Positions 19,995 through 30,557 of a stretch of 64,000 nucleotides of DNA are shown here, piece by piece (position 1 is the first letter of the stretch; each line of letters starts with the position of its first letter). The DNA comes from a virus. A program made the translations under genes and the position numbers. The stretch lies in IMG/VR virus record IMGVR_UViG_3300033146_001635, positions 30,584 to 94,583 of that record; one strand, 5' to 3'. Below the pieces are notes generated by a model. It was not told where the DNA came from and did no database searches. It saw only the letters and a list, made by a program, of their open reading frames with translations.

Positions 19995-20960
19995 TTAATA
20001 TCGTCTACCAATATAACTAGAAAACCCATTATTATTTCCAAAGAAACATATACCATCCATCGGAAAATTACCAATTACTTTAATCCAACAAGATCCTTTA
20101 TAATTTTCATTACTCATTAATTCATCAATTGTAAACGTATATACCCCACCACCAACAACAATTTTTTGAAAACTATATGTATTTGTGGGAGTTACAATCT
20201 CAACAGTACATGTTCCAACAACATCAGATAAATTAGCAATTGCAACACCAGTCCACCAATCCATCTGTCCACATAACGCATATGGGAATATAGTTTTAAA
20301 AGATTCGGTGCATGATAATTTACCAACATCTTTAATGTTACAACATATTACACTACCACAATCAGGGCATATTGAATTTCCATCCAAAACACCAACTGAT
20401 AATAATGCATGTTTTGTTGGATCTACTTCTGATTTATCATATGTAAATGGAGGCACTTCCACTAAATAATATGAATATCCAGCTTGCACCAAATCAGTAT
20501 CTATATTTGAAATTAATTGCTGTGTATCGGGTCCATGTGCATATGTAAATACAACTGATAATTCAATACCATTAATTCCATTATTTAAATCTTCTTCAGA
20601 TGCAAACATTTTTACAGAATAACTAACTGGTGTAGCTGACGTAGCGGGATCTAAAAATTCAAATCCATCTGACCACAATTTTAAACCAATTCTATATTTA
20701 TTACCCGGAATTAATTTATCTTTGTTAGAACATTTTGTAACATCTAACGAAAGTCCACATAAATTAGTGGGGGGAATACAATACCCTTCACCAGTTTGAA
20801 TATCAATTTTCGGTGGAGGTGGTGCAGCTGCTTCATAGAAAATACTACCACTTGAAAATCTTTGGCATGTACATGCTTTTTGACATGCATAACTAGTAAC
20901 AGTAAAAAATACTAAACTAATAAAAATAGCTAAACTTACATACAATATGTTCTTCTTCAT
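19995..20960 (-). CDS. Secreted Cys-rich protein, host-like surface protein
   Basis: Signal peptide MKKNILYVSLAIFISLVFFTVTSYA; C-terminal WWTGVAIAN beta-domain; ATG 20960 follows GAGGTG. Confidence 0.65.
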   Translation of the reverse strand: MKKNILYVSLAIFISLVFFTVTSYACQKACTCQRFSSGSIFYEAAAPPPPKIDIQTGEGYCIPPTNLCGLSLDVTKCSNKDKLIPGNKYRIGLKLWSDGFEFLDPATSATPVSYSVKMFASEEDLNNGINGIELSVVFTYAHGPDTQQLISNIDTDLVQAGYSYYLVEVPPFTYDKSEVDPTKHALLSVGVLDGNSICPDCGSVICCNIKDVGKLSCTESFKTIFPYALCGQMDWWTGVAIANLSDVVGTCTVEIVTPTNTYSFQKIVVGGGVYTFTIDELMSNENYKGSCWIKVIGNFPMDGICFFGNNNGFSSYIGRRY

Positions 20961-20981
20961 GATTCTCACCTCTTAATAGTT

Positions 20982-21980
20982 TTACTTATCAGTTCGTTTT
21001 GCAAAAAATTCCATTTGCTGTTGATAAGTATCTTGCTCAGTTAATTGTTGTGGATACAACATTTGTTTTAAAGTATCAAAAATTTCCTCATCTGACTTCG
21101 CGCCTTTGTTGATTGCATGATTAATCATTCTTTCATGTGTAGCCTCCGATGTCATTCCAACTGATTCCATCAACATTTTAATAGTTGTCCTGTTAATTTC
21201 CTTAACATTATCAATATCAAATTTAGATGATGAATCAGTTTCTTGAATAAATTGTTGTTGTGATTGTTTTTTATCCCATGCTTCTTGTAAAATTTTTCTA
21301 ACTTTAGTTCTCAATTTTAATTGTTCTGGATTATCATGTTTACCTGTTTCTGAAATAGGAATACTATTTTTAACAGCATCTTCTTCAATTTTAGTTATTT
21401 CTTTTATAAATTTTCTTTTATCAAAAGTTACTTTTGGTTTAGAAACAATTTTCTTTTTAACAGATGGTTTTTTAACCACTTGTTTTTTTGTTTCTTCTAA
21501 TAAAATTTGATCATTTTTAGTTTCTGTAAATCCATGTATTTCATCATTAGTTTGTAATTGATTTTTTAATTTTTTCAAATATTGTAAATCTTCATCTAAT
21601 AAAAATTTATTTTCTTTTTTAGTATCTTCTGCAATAATATCATTTTTATGTTCATCTGTATCTTCAACAATTGGATTCGATGCATCTACATATGCACTAC
21701 GTTCAACTGTTATTTTTGTTGTCCAAGGTTCTAAATGAAAACCTTCACCAACAAGTTCTAATGAACAAGAAATTTCATCTGATTCTGATATTCGTTTTTT
21801 AATAACACTTTGTAAAGCTGGGATTTCAACTTCAACACGATCTTTATATATTTTTGTAGGAAAGCCATATGATACGCCTTCATACACAAATTCTAGACGT
21901 CCTTTTAAAGTACGATAATCAATCCCATCAATATTTACATTAAATTGAAAATATTTTGGTTTGGTTACATCTACATTCAT
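20982..21980 (-). CDS. Hypothetical protein rich in (I/L)xE sites (possible head protein)
   Basis: 332 aa; IVE, IAE, LLE, ISE, LQE, IQE, LME, LTE. Confidence 0.6.
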   Translation of the reverse strand: MNVDVTKPKYFQFNVNIDGIDYRTLKGRLEFVYEGVSYGFPTKIYKDRVEVEIPALQSVIKKRISESDEISCSLELVGEGFHLEPWTTKITVERSAYVDASNPIVEDTDEHKNDIIAEDTKKENKFLLDEDLQYLKKLKNQLQTNDEIHGFTETKNDQILLEETKKQVVKKPSVKKKIVSKPKVTFDKRKFIKEITKIEEDAVKNSIPISETGKHDNPEQLKLRTKVRKILQEAWDKKQSQQQFIQETDSSSKFDIDNVKEINRTTIKMLMESVGMTSEATHERMINHAINKGAKSDEEIFDTLKQMLYPQQLTEQDTYQQQMEFFAKRTDK

Positions 21981-22002
21981 ATTTTATTCCTTACAAAAAT
22001 AT

Positions 22003-22215
22003 TTAATTCGACGTTATGACTTTTGTAATTTTAATTGAAATATCATCTGATTCATTTAAACCTGATTTAGAATCACTTGTTTTAACTTTAATTACATTAA
22101 TCTTTGGTTTTTCTAATTGTATGTCCCTTTCATGGTATCCACCACCACCACCAGATACAATTGTGGTTGTGCCAGTACATAACATACCTCTTGTAACTAA
22201 AGATAAACTAGACAT
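22003..22215 (-). CDS. Hypothetical protein
   Basis: 70-aa ORF in operon. Confidence 0.55.
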   Translation of the reverse strand: MSSLSLVTRGMLCTGTTTIVSGGGGGYHERDIQLEKPKINVIKVKTSDSKSGLNESDDISIKITKVITSN

Positions 22216-22218
22216 AAA

Positions 22219-22719
22219 TTAAACCTTTTCTACATTATATGATGTCATTTGATTACCAGAATATGTGGCTATCATATTATATGTTGCAACAACACCATTA
22301 TTAGATCCCACATTAGATGCAACATCATACACTCTAATACGAGATGAAATTAGATTGCCATCAACATCATATGTAGTTTGGTCAACAGAATAATTTTCCT
22401 GCATTAATCCAATCATTCTAGATAATATATTTAAATCACTTGTATATATTAAAGCTGAATTTGATTTACCATATGGAAAATAAACAGGGTGTGTGACAGT
22501 TATAAACCATGTTCCTATTGTATCCGGTGTAAATTCACACCGATATGCACCATTTCCCATTTCATAAAAATTTATCGTTCCATTATATAAATTTCTATCA
22601 TTATCATAAATAAATGCTGAAAATTCAGTTAAATCTATTCCAGTAACAAATCCTGCACCCGTTGAATCAATTACAATAAAATCTTCATATACGGGTTGAT
22701 GGACTGTGCCTAAAATCAT
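22219..22719 (-). CDS. Hypothetical virion protein (Ig-like N-terminus)
   Basis: EMGNGAYRCEFTPDTIGTWFITV beta-sandwich pattern. Confidence 0.55.
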   Translation of the reverse strand: MILGTVHQPVYEDFIVIDSTGAGFVTGIDLTEFSAFIYDNDRNLYNGTINFYEMGNGAYRCEFTPDTIGTWFITVTHPVYFPYGKSNSALIYTSDLNILSRMIGLMQENYSVDQTTYDVDGNLISSRIRVYDVASNVGSNNGVVATYNMIATYSGNQMTSYNVEKV

Positions 22720-22753
22720 AATAATAAAACCTTATTATAAAACTATATACAAT

Positions 22754-22966
22754 TTATTTTTCAAAATAAGTAGAAGGTTTAGGGACTCTGTTTTTCAATT
22801 CTAAAATATCTTCTAATGTAGGTTCGCCCTCTATATTCCAATCTTTAACTAATTGCATAGCCATTGGAATACCATGCCTCAGAATTAATTCTGAAATTGT
22901 TAATACCAAAGTTAATTCCATTTGTTGACCGTCCTTCTTAATTGGGGTTTCTGTATCATTACTCAT
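22754..22966 (-). CDS. Hypothetical protein
   Basis: 70-aa ORF coupled to the lipoprotein gene. Confidence 0.6.
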   Translation of the reverse strand: MSNDTETPIKKDGQQMELTLVLTISELILRHGIPMAMQLVKDWNIEGEPTLEDILELKNRVPKPSTYFEK

Positions 22967-22978
22967 CTTAACACCTAT

Positions 22979-23374
22979 TTACTTATTTAAATTTTCTTGA
23001 CTAATTTCTAAAAATTCAACCAAAGCATTGTCCATACTTTTCACTATTGTATCTAATCTATCTTTATTAGCGGTTGTTTTTTGTCTCATATATATTTCAT
23101 ATGCTAAAACAGCAGAATGATATGTTTTCCAATAAATATCAGCTTTTTGAATAATTTTTTCTTTTGTTTTTTCATCAATCAAACCTTTTTTATAAGCTTC
23201 ACCAATTGTTTCCATTGTACTTTCATATGTTGTTGCAGCCATATTTAAACCTTTATAAACATTTTGTTCATAAGTCGCTGTATTGACTGCACAACTAATT
23301 AATAAACAAGAAGCAATGGTTGTAATAACAAGATAAAAATAGATTGATGTAAAATATGATTTGATTTTATACAT
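22979..23374 (-). CDS. Putative lipoprotein (possible lysis accessory)
   Basis: Hydrophobic signal ending in LLISC lipobox; helical body. Confidence 0.6.
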   Translation of the reverse strand: MYKIKSYFTSIYFYLVITTIASCLLISCAVNTATYEQNVYKGLNMAATTYESTMETIGEAYKKGLIDEKTKEKIIQKADIYWKTYHSAVLAYEIYMRQKTTANKDRLDTIVKSMDNALVEFLEISQENLNK

Positions 23375-23445
23375 GACTTGAACCTCGACTAATCCTTATA
23401 AATTAAAAATTAACTTCATTATTATGTTCTTAAAATTAAAAAAAA

Positions 23446-23485
23446 CCCCGACCATATACAATCTTAATAGTATATGGTCGGGGTA
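23446..23485 (-). terminator. Intrinsic terminator
   Basis: ACCCCGACCATATAC / GTATATGGTCGGGGT with poly-U tail on minus strand. Confidence 0.8.
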
Positions 23486-23571
23486 TAAGAAAATTAAAAA
23501 TCAATCCCTTAATTTTTTTAGTTTCCACTCCCTGATTGAGTGCATGGTGTAATATTGGAATTGATTTTTAA

Positions 23572-24033
23572 TTAATCTTTAAAAAAAACAAACCAAGACA
23601 TAATAGCTGTTACTATAGCTATTACAGCATTAACTGCTGAAATAGTTACAAAATATTTAAAAATTTTATCTTTAATAGCTAATAAATCTTTGCCTATCTC
23701 AGATAAAGAAGTCTTGGTCGAAGTATAATGGCGAGTATTTTCATCTCCCTTTATTTTTAATACTTCAATATTTGATTTTAAAAATTCTATTATTTTTTGA
23801 TTATTTGAGGAAATATCTTTCTGAAGGTCTTCTATAATAGCTTCTAAATTTTCTTGTTTTTCCGAATTTAAAATGGCAACTTTACTCATCTCTTGTACTA
23901 GTTTTTCTGTTCTATTTAATCCATCTTTCATATGCTCGAATAAACTATTCAGAAGTCTTTCAGATAAAACGAGGGTTGTATCCTCATCCAAATCAACCCT
24001 CGAATATCGCTGAAAATCTTTATTATCCGACAT
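23572..24033 (-). CDS. Coiled-coil protein with C-terminal TM helix (possibly holin-like)
   Basis: Heptad-rich body and single C-terminal TM. Confidence 0.55.
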   Translation of the reverse strand: MSDNKDFQRYSRVDLDEDTTLVLSERLLNSLFEHMKDGLNRTEKLVQEMSKVAILNSEKQENLEAIIEDLQKDISSNNQKIIEFLKSNIEVLKIKGDENTRHYTSTKTSLSEIGKDLLAIKDKIFKYFVTISAVNAVIAIVTAIMSWFVFFKD

Positions 24034-25288
24034 TTTGTGGTTTCCTTTTCTGTAGATAAGATGATAAAATTGTATCCATCTTTCCTTTTAATCTGTTAAA
24101 TATTTTATTATTTTCTTCATTTTCATGTTGCCATTCTAAAATCTTATCTAATATATATGCTTCCTTTTCTTTTGTGGCTTTGTATGGCTGATACCTTTTT
24201 ATTGCCTCTGCTATATAGCATGACAACACTGTAAGTGTTTCAATTAAATCTTTTTTAAATGAGGAATATTCAAAAATTTGTGAAAATCCTAATACACCTA
24301 TAGTAATATTATTATCTTTAAAATTATCAATAATAGGTATTAATAAAATAGATTTAATTTTTTTAACATTTTTTAAATAATCAATCTGTTGTTTTAATGT
24401 TAAATATAAATCACTATCCTTTTCTATATTTACTTTGTCTGCTAATATTTCTAATTCCTCCCCCACATTTTCTATATGAATAGGCACAACTTCATCATTG
24501 AATTTATAAATAATATGGTTCCACGGAAATAAATTTATATCAGCTTCTTTATCTTGTAATAATAATGAATCAACTCCATCTGCACACCATTCGTTTGTTT
24601 TAATCATTTTTTGATTTTCATAATCAACAATGAATAAATAACCCCTATCAATTCCCCACAATTTACAAGTTATTTCCAAACATTTATCAATATATGAAAG
24701 CATTTCTGAATTTTTTGTTTTATATAGCAAAGATGATAAATCATTTAAATTTTTTCTAAAAATATGTATTTTTTTTAATTTTTGTTTCATACGTTTAGAT
24801 TTTTCTTGTGAGGCGATAATATTAGCAGCTAATTCATAATAATGAATATCTACCTCACTAAATAATTTATATCCTAACGAATTATATAAATACAAACCAA
24901 CTAAACAACCTATGAATTTATCTTTTAATTTTACACGAACTATAATTACAAATGACCCATCCTCACATTGAAAAATTTGATTTAATTCTTTATCCCTATA
25001 TATAATTTCACTTTTAGTTAATTTATCAGCATATTTAATTAATTTTTCATATGTTCCATTTGTAGATAATACATCTCTTGTTTTTTCTAAAGGAGCAATA
25101 ACATTGGATTCAGTGTTTAATTTCTTTTCTTTTTGAACATAAACAACTGCATCACATTTACAAATTTTATGTATTTGTTTTAATAATTTCTCAACATTAG
25201 GTAATTCATCTTCCCCAAATTCAGCATAAATCTCTGTTATTTTTAGAGCTTTATCTAAATTAATACAAACAGGCCTTTCTTCTAACAT
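24023..25288 (-). CDS. Tandem GAF-domain protein
   Basis: GIDRGYLF...TNEWCADG...FPW...IKSILLIPI...IGVLGF typical sensor GAF; second GAF-like region N-terminal. Confidence 0.75.
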   Translation of the reverse strand: MLEERPVCINLDKALKITEIYAEFGEDELPNVEKLLKQIHKICKCDAVVYVQKEKKLNTESNVIAPLEKTRDVLSTNGTYEKLIKYADKLTKSEIIYRDKELNQIFQCEDGSFVIIVRVKLKDKFIGCLVGLYLYNSLGYKLFSEVDIHYYELAANIIASQEKSKRMKQKLKKIHIFRKNLNDLSSLLYKTKNSEMLSYIDKCLEITCKLWGIDRGYLFIVDYENQKMIKTNEWCADGVDSLLLQDKEADINLFPWNHIIYKFNDEVVPIHIENVGEELEILADKVNIEKDSDLYLTLKQQIDYLKNVKKIKSILLIPIIDNFKDNNITIGVLGFSQIFEYSSFKKDLIETLTVLSCYIAEAIKRYQPYKATKEKEAYILDKILEWQHENEENNKIFNRLKGKMDTILSSYLQKRKPQNVG

Positions 25289-25302
25289 GATAAATTCCTT
25301 TA

Positions 25303-26388
25303 TTATTTTGTCATGCTCTGTAAATTCTTAATCAAGTTAAAACTATCAGATGCAACTTGCTTCGACTCTTGTTCCCATTTTCGCAATTTACCTTTTAACA
25401 ATCTTTCGATAGCCTTATTTTTTTTATACATCGCTTTTTGACAAATAATTTCATAAAGAATATGAAAAATTATTTCTATTCTAACTAATGCTATATCATC
25501 TAAATCTATATTTTCATGATTATTTGACATTGTAAATAATATATTTATATCTCTATATTCCAACGGTAATGCATAAACAGTTTTGGGCATATTATCATTT
25601 ATAAAATATTTAGAAAATTTTTCTGGTACGTCATATAAATAAACATAATTAGTATGTGATTGATTTAATATAGTGTGTATGGTAGGCCACGGTCCATATG
25701 GATCCGAAATTTCAAAATCATATAAACCATATAAACATTGTGCATTTTCAGTAGCATATGAAACAAATGGATAATATCGATTATTTCTATTTTCACTAAT
25801 ATGAGCACAAGTCATATTAAAATAAGTACACATTATTCCTAATACTTTTTGTAAAAAATCATCTGTATCATCATCTGATTTATAAAAATCGTTATTAAAA
25901 ACGTCATTAATAGTTTTATTAAAACTTTCAATAATATGTACTTTTTTTCTATATAAAAAATAATTTATTTTTAATTCAAATAATTTTGTAAAATCATCAA
26001 TATTTTTAATATTTTTTTGTGGTTCTTTTTCAAAAACAAAAATTAGATAATTACAATATTTATGTTTTAATTCAATATTTACCTTTTTATATATAGTAAA
26101 ATATTTATGCCCCAATGACATAAAAAAATTATCATCTGTATACAGATGATTTAAAATAATATTTTTAATATCTAATTCACCAATTTTTTCAATCCATTTT
26201 TTCGGAATGTTTTTGGTGTGATATATTTCAGAAAAATTATCCATAATATAAATACAATCTATATTATGAAGTAATTCAAAATTATCGATTAATGCTTTAG
26301 GAAGGGATGAATTATCAGTGATATTTAAGATTTCATTAACACTAATCATGGCAATATCAATAATACGAAGATAAAGATTGTTTTTCAA
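25303..26388 (-). CDS. GAF-like domain protein
   Basis: Architecture parallel to neighbour (PWP...KTVYALPL...; KLRKWEQE vs KILEWQHE). Confidence 0.55.
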   Translation of the reverse strand: MKNNLYLRIIDIAMISVNEILNITDNSSLPKALIDNFELLHNIDCIYIMDNFSEIYHTKNIPKKWIEKIGELDIKNIILNHLYTDDNFFMSLGHKYFTIYKKVNIELKHKYCNYLIFVFEKEPQKNIKNIDDFTKLFELKINYFLYRKKVHIIESFNKTINDVFNNDFYKSDDDTDDFLQKVLGIMCTYFNMTCAHISENRNNRYYPFVSYATENAQCLYGLYDFEISDPYGPWPTIHTILNQSHTNYVYLYDVPEKFSKYFINDNMPKTVYALPLEYRDINILFTMSNNHENIDLDDIALVRIEIIFHILYEIICQKAMYKKNKAIERLLKGKLRKWEQESKQVASDSFNLIKNLQSMTK

Positions 26389-26647
26389 ATAGTTCTGACA
26401 GTTTAGATCCGTTTGTTACTATTGATTCACCTTGATTATATTTTTCTAAATTCGTTTTTAATATATTTAAACTTTCTTGAACTTTATATATATTTTCTAA
26501 AATATATAATTCATTTTGAGAAGGATCTATTTTATTTTCCAACATTTCAGATAAATTTTTTAATCGATCCATGAAATCGTGGCCATTTTGTCCACTCATT
26601 TCTAATAATGTTGCACGAATACGATTTTTTATTTTTTCTTCACTCAT
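26357..26647 (-). CDS. Hypothetical protein
   Basis: 96-aa ORF in operon. Confidence 0.55.
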   Translation of the reverse strand: MSEEKIKNRIRATLLEMSGQNGHDFMDRLKNLSEMLENKIDPSQNELYILENIYKVQESLNILKTNLEKYNQGESIVTNGSKLSELFEKQSLSSYY

Positions 26648-26670
26648 AATAAAATAGATCCTACCAAAAG

Positions 26671-27069
26671 TTATTTTACAGGTTTCTGGTTATCATCTTG
26701 AAAGACAAATGCTTTCTTAGATGGTTCAAACTTATATCCATCTGGAATATTATATGTTTCTACGATTCTTTGAATAAGAGCATTAACTTCATTAATTTCT
26801 TGTTGATACTGTTTAATAAATTCTTTGTATTGAATTTCTAATTGTTGTTTTTTTAATTGTTGTACTTCTAATTTGAGTAAATGATTTTCTAAATTTAAAC
26901 TAGCAACATCATCAATTTTATATTCATCTTTTTTAACTTGATCAGTTTTTATTTCTTCTTTTTCAATCGTTCCAAAATCTTGTACAGGCGCAATACTTTC
27001 TTTTTGTTCTTGCCCGTTTAAGGTTTCCATAGTAGTTAAATCTTGCATGGTAGTTAAAACTTCTTCCAT
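26671..27069 (-). CDS. Coiled-coil hypothetical protein
   Basis: 132 aa; AGGAG RBS. Confidence 0.65.
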   Translation of the reverse strand: MEEVLTTMQDLTTMETLNGQEQKESIAPVQDFGTIEKEEIKTDQVKKDEYKIDDVASLNLENHLLKLEVQQLKKQQLEIQYKEFIKQYQQEINEVNALIQRIVETYNIPDGYKFEPSKKAFVFQDDNQKPVK

Positions 27070-27151
27070 TTCAGCTCTCCTTAATTTGGTTTTTTAAAAG
27101 TAAAAATTGTTCATTTTTATGTTCTTATTATTTTATAAATAATTGACTTTA

Positions 27152-27691
27152 TTATTCAATGACAAAAATTTCAGGTCGTGAATCAACAAAATTTTCTAAT
27201 TGTTCTCTTGTCATAGTAGATAATGAATCTTTTATTGCTCTACCTTCTGCTAACTTAGTTGCAGTCCAATACATAAATTCATTAAATAATGTTTCAAAAT
27301 AAGTAGCATCTTCCATTACTAAATATTGTGTTACACCATCTTTTGTTTCACTTGCTTTTAAATAATAAGGATATGGTAAATTGCCTCTAATTGCAGATAA
27401 TTGTGAAACATTAAATTGCCATTCTTGTGTTGCCCAAATATCAGTTGTTGAATCAATTGATGTATGAAAACCATACTGAATTAATATAGAAGTTCTATAA
27501 TTAATTTCCACAATAATTTCACGAATAACCCATACTAAACATTCTGTTTCAACTTCTTCCCATGTAGGTTTAGGTCTATCATCTAACCACACTAAATTAT
27601 TATATTCATCTTCGGTGTGATTAATAAATCCACCTTTGAATAAAGGACCCTCCACTAATGAATTAAGTCCTGTATAAATATTAAATCTCAT
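27152..27691 (-). CDS. Putative tail fibre assembly/accessory protein
   Basis: WLDDRPKPTWEEV motif; downstream of fibre genes. Confidence 0.5.
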   Translation of the reverse strand: MRFNIYTGLNSLVEGPLFKGGFINHTEDEYNNLVWLDDRPKPTWEEVETECLVWVIREIIVEINYRTSILIQYGFHTSIDSTTDIWATQEWQFNVSQLSAIRGNLPYPYYLKASETKDGVTQYLVMEDATYFETLFNEFMYWTATKLAEGRAIKDSLSTMTREQLENFVDSRPEIFVIE

Positions 27692-27701
27692 AAATCGCCT
27701 C

Positions 27702-28769
27702 TTAGATTGTTTCTATTAAAATATTGGATTGTCTCCATATTGTAGAAACTTTTTTTGTATATCCAAATTTTGAAGAATTATAAGCAATTTTAGTGTGTAG
27801 TCTAATTTCATCACCATCTGTTACATTCAATAAAATACCGGGGCATGTTACTGCACCATTTTGTCCATATTTATAACTTCTGGTATATGCAAATGAAATA
27901 CTATCAGTTACTTCATTCCAATTTTTACTTAACAATGCTTGCATTTGAATTCGATTATATTCAGAATTTATAAAATTAACTTTATATGATATTTTAATCA
28001 TACCAGAATAATTATTAATTAATATTACATCATACCCTATTTCATCTTTTATATCAGCTTTTTTCATAGAGAAAATATCATCTGATTTAATAAAATCATC
28101 CCATATAATAACTAATTCTTTTTGACGTTGATGGCTCTGCCATGTTTCATTAATAGCATATAAATATTTAATTTGAGTTGGTTTAATTGGAGCAGGAATT
28201 TCTGAAAAAACTTCCTGTAAAGAATGTGGTATCTCACCACAAGAATTATATTCATAATCATAATATTTTGCATCATTCATTGCCTGTACTTTATCAAAAT
28301 ATAAACTTCGTATACTATTCAACCAATTTAAAATATCTATTGCTTTTTTATTATTTGCAGAAGATAAAGAATATAAAGCAGTAACATCAGATGGTGTTAT
28401 TCCAAAATGCTGCTCATAATCAACACGTTTTTCTAATAAATATTTTTCTTGATCTAAATTATTATAAGCATATAAAAAATCTCTATTTATATCAACTGGA
28501 TATACATCACCACGATAATAAATTATCATTGTTTCTTGAGATTTATATTTAATAAAAGTTTGAAAAATTTCAAGAATACATGGTTCACATTGCATTGACA
28601 AAATAAAAATTGGTGAATTGCTTATTACAAACCCCAATAATTTATTAGTATCTTTATCTATAATTTTTAAATCAACATTATCTGTTATTTCTTTAATTTG
28701 ATCTTGATGTAAAATAGCTTGATTATCAAGAGCTTCTTGTTTATTTGAATCTTGAAATAATATATTCAT
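27702..28769 (-). CDS. Tail fibre-associated protein with C1q/TNF-like C-terminal domain
   Basis: C-terminus (SISFAYTRSYKYG...GDEIRL) parallels the C-terminus of the upstream fibre. Confidence 0.55.
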   Translation of the reverse strand: MNILFQDSNKQEALDNQAILHQDQIKEITDNVDLKIIDKDTNKLLGFVISNSPIFILSMQCEPCILEIFQTFIKYKSQETMIIYYRGDVYPVDINRDFLYAYNNLDQEKYLLEKRVDYEQHFGITPSDVTALYSLSSANNKKAIDILNWLNSIRSLYFDKVQAMNDAKYYDYEYNSCGEIPHSLQEVFSEIPAPIKPTQIKYLYAINETWQSHQRQKELVIIWDDFIKSDDIFSMKKADIKDEIGYDVILINNYSGMIKISYKVNFINSEYNRIQMQALLSKNWNEVTDSISFAYTRSYKYGQNGAVTCPGILLNVTDGDEIRLHTKIAYNSSKFGYTKKVSTIWRQSNILIETI

Positions 28770-30382
28770 GTTACTGTCCTAGGAACTTGTTGTATTAATA
28801 TCCAAGTTTGTGAACTACCAATAACAGGTGCTTGTATATCATCATCTCTTACATATGCAACTTCTATATAATCACCATTATCTAATTCAACATAAGTCAA
28901 TGGGCATGAACAATTGCCATATTTATTATAATTATATCCTCTAGTATAGGCAGCGGTTTGAGAATAATCAATTTTTGTACCATTTACTTGAAGCCATGCT
29001 GTTATTGTGTTTCTAGCATTATCACCCGAATCAAGTGTCATAAAAATATTATACGCAATTAATAATTTCAAATCATCATTAGCTGTTATTCTACCAGTTG
29101 ATGTATTTAATGATAATTTAGAATGTGATTTAATCACATCATCAAAAGGCACAACTCTAATAGTTGAATCAACTACTTGTGTACCAGTCATACCATATGA
29201 AACAGTAAATGGAGGTTTTGGAACTCTGATTCTAGCAACACCACCACCTCTATCATCTGCAACTATATCACCAGTAAAATTCAATGTACTATGTGGGGTA
29301 TTTGATAAATTAACACCATCTTCCTGAATTGTAATTGATGTGCCTGAACCATCCGCACCTTTTTGTGCAACTAAATCCCAATTAGATGAAGGTGGTTGGT
29401 CATTTAAAGTATTATTCGTTTTGCACACATAACAAGATCCATCTGATTCAACAGTATCATTTATATTGTAGGTAGTAGATGATGAATAAGCACCTTTCCA
29501 ATCTAAATCACCAGATGGGCCAGTTGGTCCCGTTGCACCAGTATCACCTTTAGATGCCATTAAACTCCAATATGTTGAATTAGATGGATTTTGATTTGTT
29601 GTTGTATCTTGAATACATACATAAGCAGACCCATTATATTCAACAGCTTGGTTTTCAGTATAATTTTGATTTTGCCACGCACCGTGCCATGTTATATCAC
29701 CATCACTACCTTTAGGACCCTGACTTCCTTGTGTATTAAAAAGTGTTACTACACATTTATTAGCAATTGTTGTAAGAGTATTAGACCCATTATATCGAAT
29801 AATTTGAACTCTTATTTTGTCACCAGTTTGAAATTTAATTGGATATATATGTGAACCAGATAATCTACCATTGTTTTCAGTTCTGTGGTACATACTAATT
29901 TCAAAATTATTTACATCAGCATAACCACTTCCACTATCAAGTTGTAAATATGCGGTGCTTCCACTTCTTGTAGTACCGGAATCAACATCTACATTTAAAG
30001 AAACACCTACCAATAAAGTTATATTTTTATTAATTGTAATTTCATTTGAACTTAAAGATGCAAATGTTGATGAAATATCAGTTGTATTTAACGCAATAGA
30101 AATTCTAGAATTGGTAAATGTTTGTGCAGTTGATGCATAACATGAAAAAAGAACATCTTCTTTATTTTCAGTCCAATATGTTGTAGCTATATCAGGTGTT
30201 TTTGATAAATCACCTTCGGTACTTCCTGTTACAGCAGATATGCATCTATATGTTTTTGCTTTCCAAATAACAATATCACCAATTGCATAATTTGCAGTTT
30301 CATCATATAATCCCAATGATGAAATAAAACTAGCTCCAGTTAAATTATGATCTGCTATTTGGTGTTTCTTTATTTGTGTCAT
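28766..30382 (-). CDS. Tail fibre / receptor-binding protein (CBM5/12-like repeats, collagen-like linkers, C1q-like domains)
   Basis: W-x-G-A-(W/Y)...Y...V...G.xY.C repeats, G-x-x triplets; likely ATG 30382 after GGAG (track start 30409). Confidence 0.7.
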   Translation of the reverse strand: MTQIKKHQIADHNLTGASFISSLGLYDETANYAIGDIVIWKAKTYRCISAVTGSTEGDLSKTPDIATTYWTENKEDVLFSCYASTAQTFTNSRISIALNTTDISSTFASLSSNEITINKNITLLVGVSLNVDVDSGTTRSGSTAYLQLDSGSGYADVNNFEISMYHRTENNGRLSGSHIYPIKFQTGDKIRVQIIRYNGSNTLTTIANKCVVTLFNTQGSQGPKGSDGDITWHGAWQNQNYTENQAVEYNGSAYVCIQDTTTNQNPSNSTYWSLMASKGDTGATGPTGPSGDLDWKGAYSSSTTYNINDTVESDGSCYVCKTNNTLNDQPPSSNWDLVAQKGADGSGTSITIQEDGVNLSNTPHSTLNFTGDIVADDRGGGVARIRVPKPPFTVSYGMTGTQVVDSTIRVVPFDDVIKSHSKLSLNTSTGRITANDDLKLLIAYNIFMTLDSGDNARNTITAWLQVNGTKIDYSQTAAYTRGYNYNKYGNCSCPLTYVELDNGDYIEVAYVRDDDIQAPVIGSSQTWILIQQVPRTVT

Positions 30383-30428
30383 AAAAATAAACTCCGATGA
30401 TACCAACACAATAATAGAATAGAATAAT

Positions 30429-30443
30429 TCATTTATATGTTCT
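30429..30443 (-). promoter_or_regulatory. Candidate late promoter (AGAACATATAAATGA)
   Basis: Identical to copies at 11089 and 53525; upstream of fibre gene. Confidence 0.7.
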
Positions 30444-30557
30444 TATATTTTCATAGAAAATTACATTATTGAGTTTATAATAAAATTCCAAAGTTATATA
30501 TATTCAATTATAATTTATACTAGATATTATTATTTTTTATGGAGGATAATTTTAACA

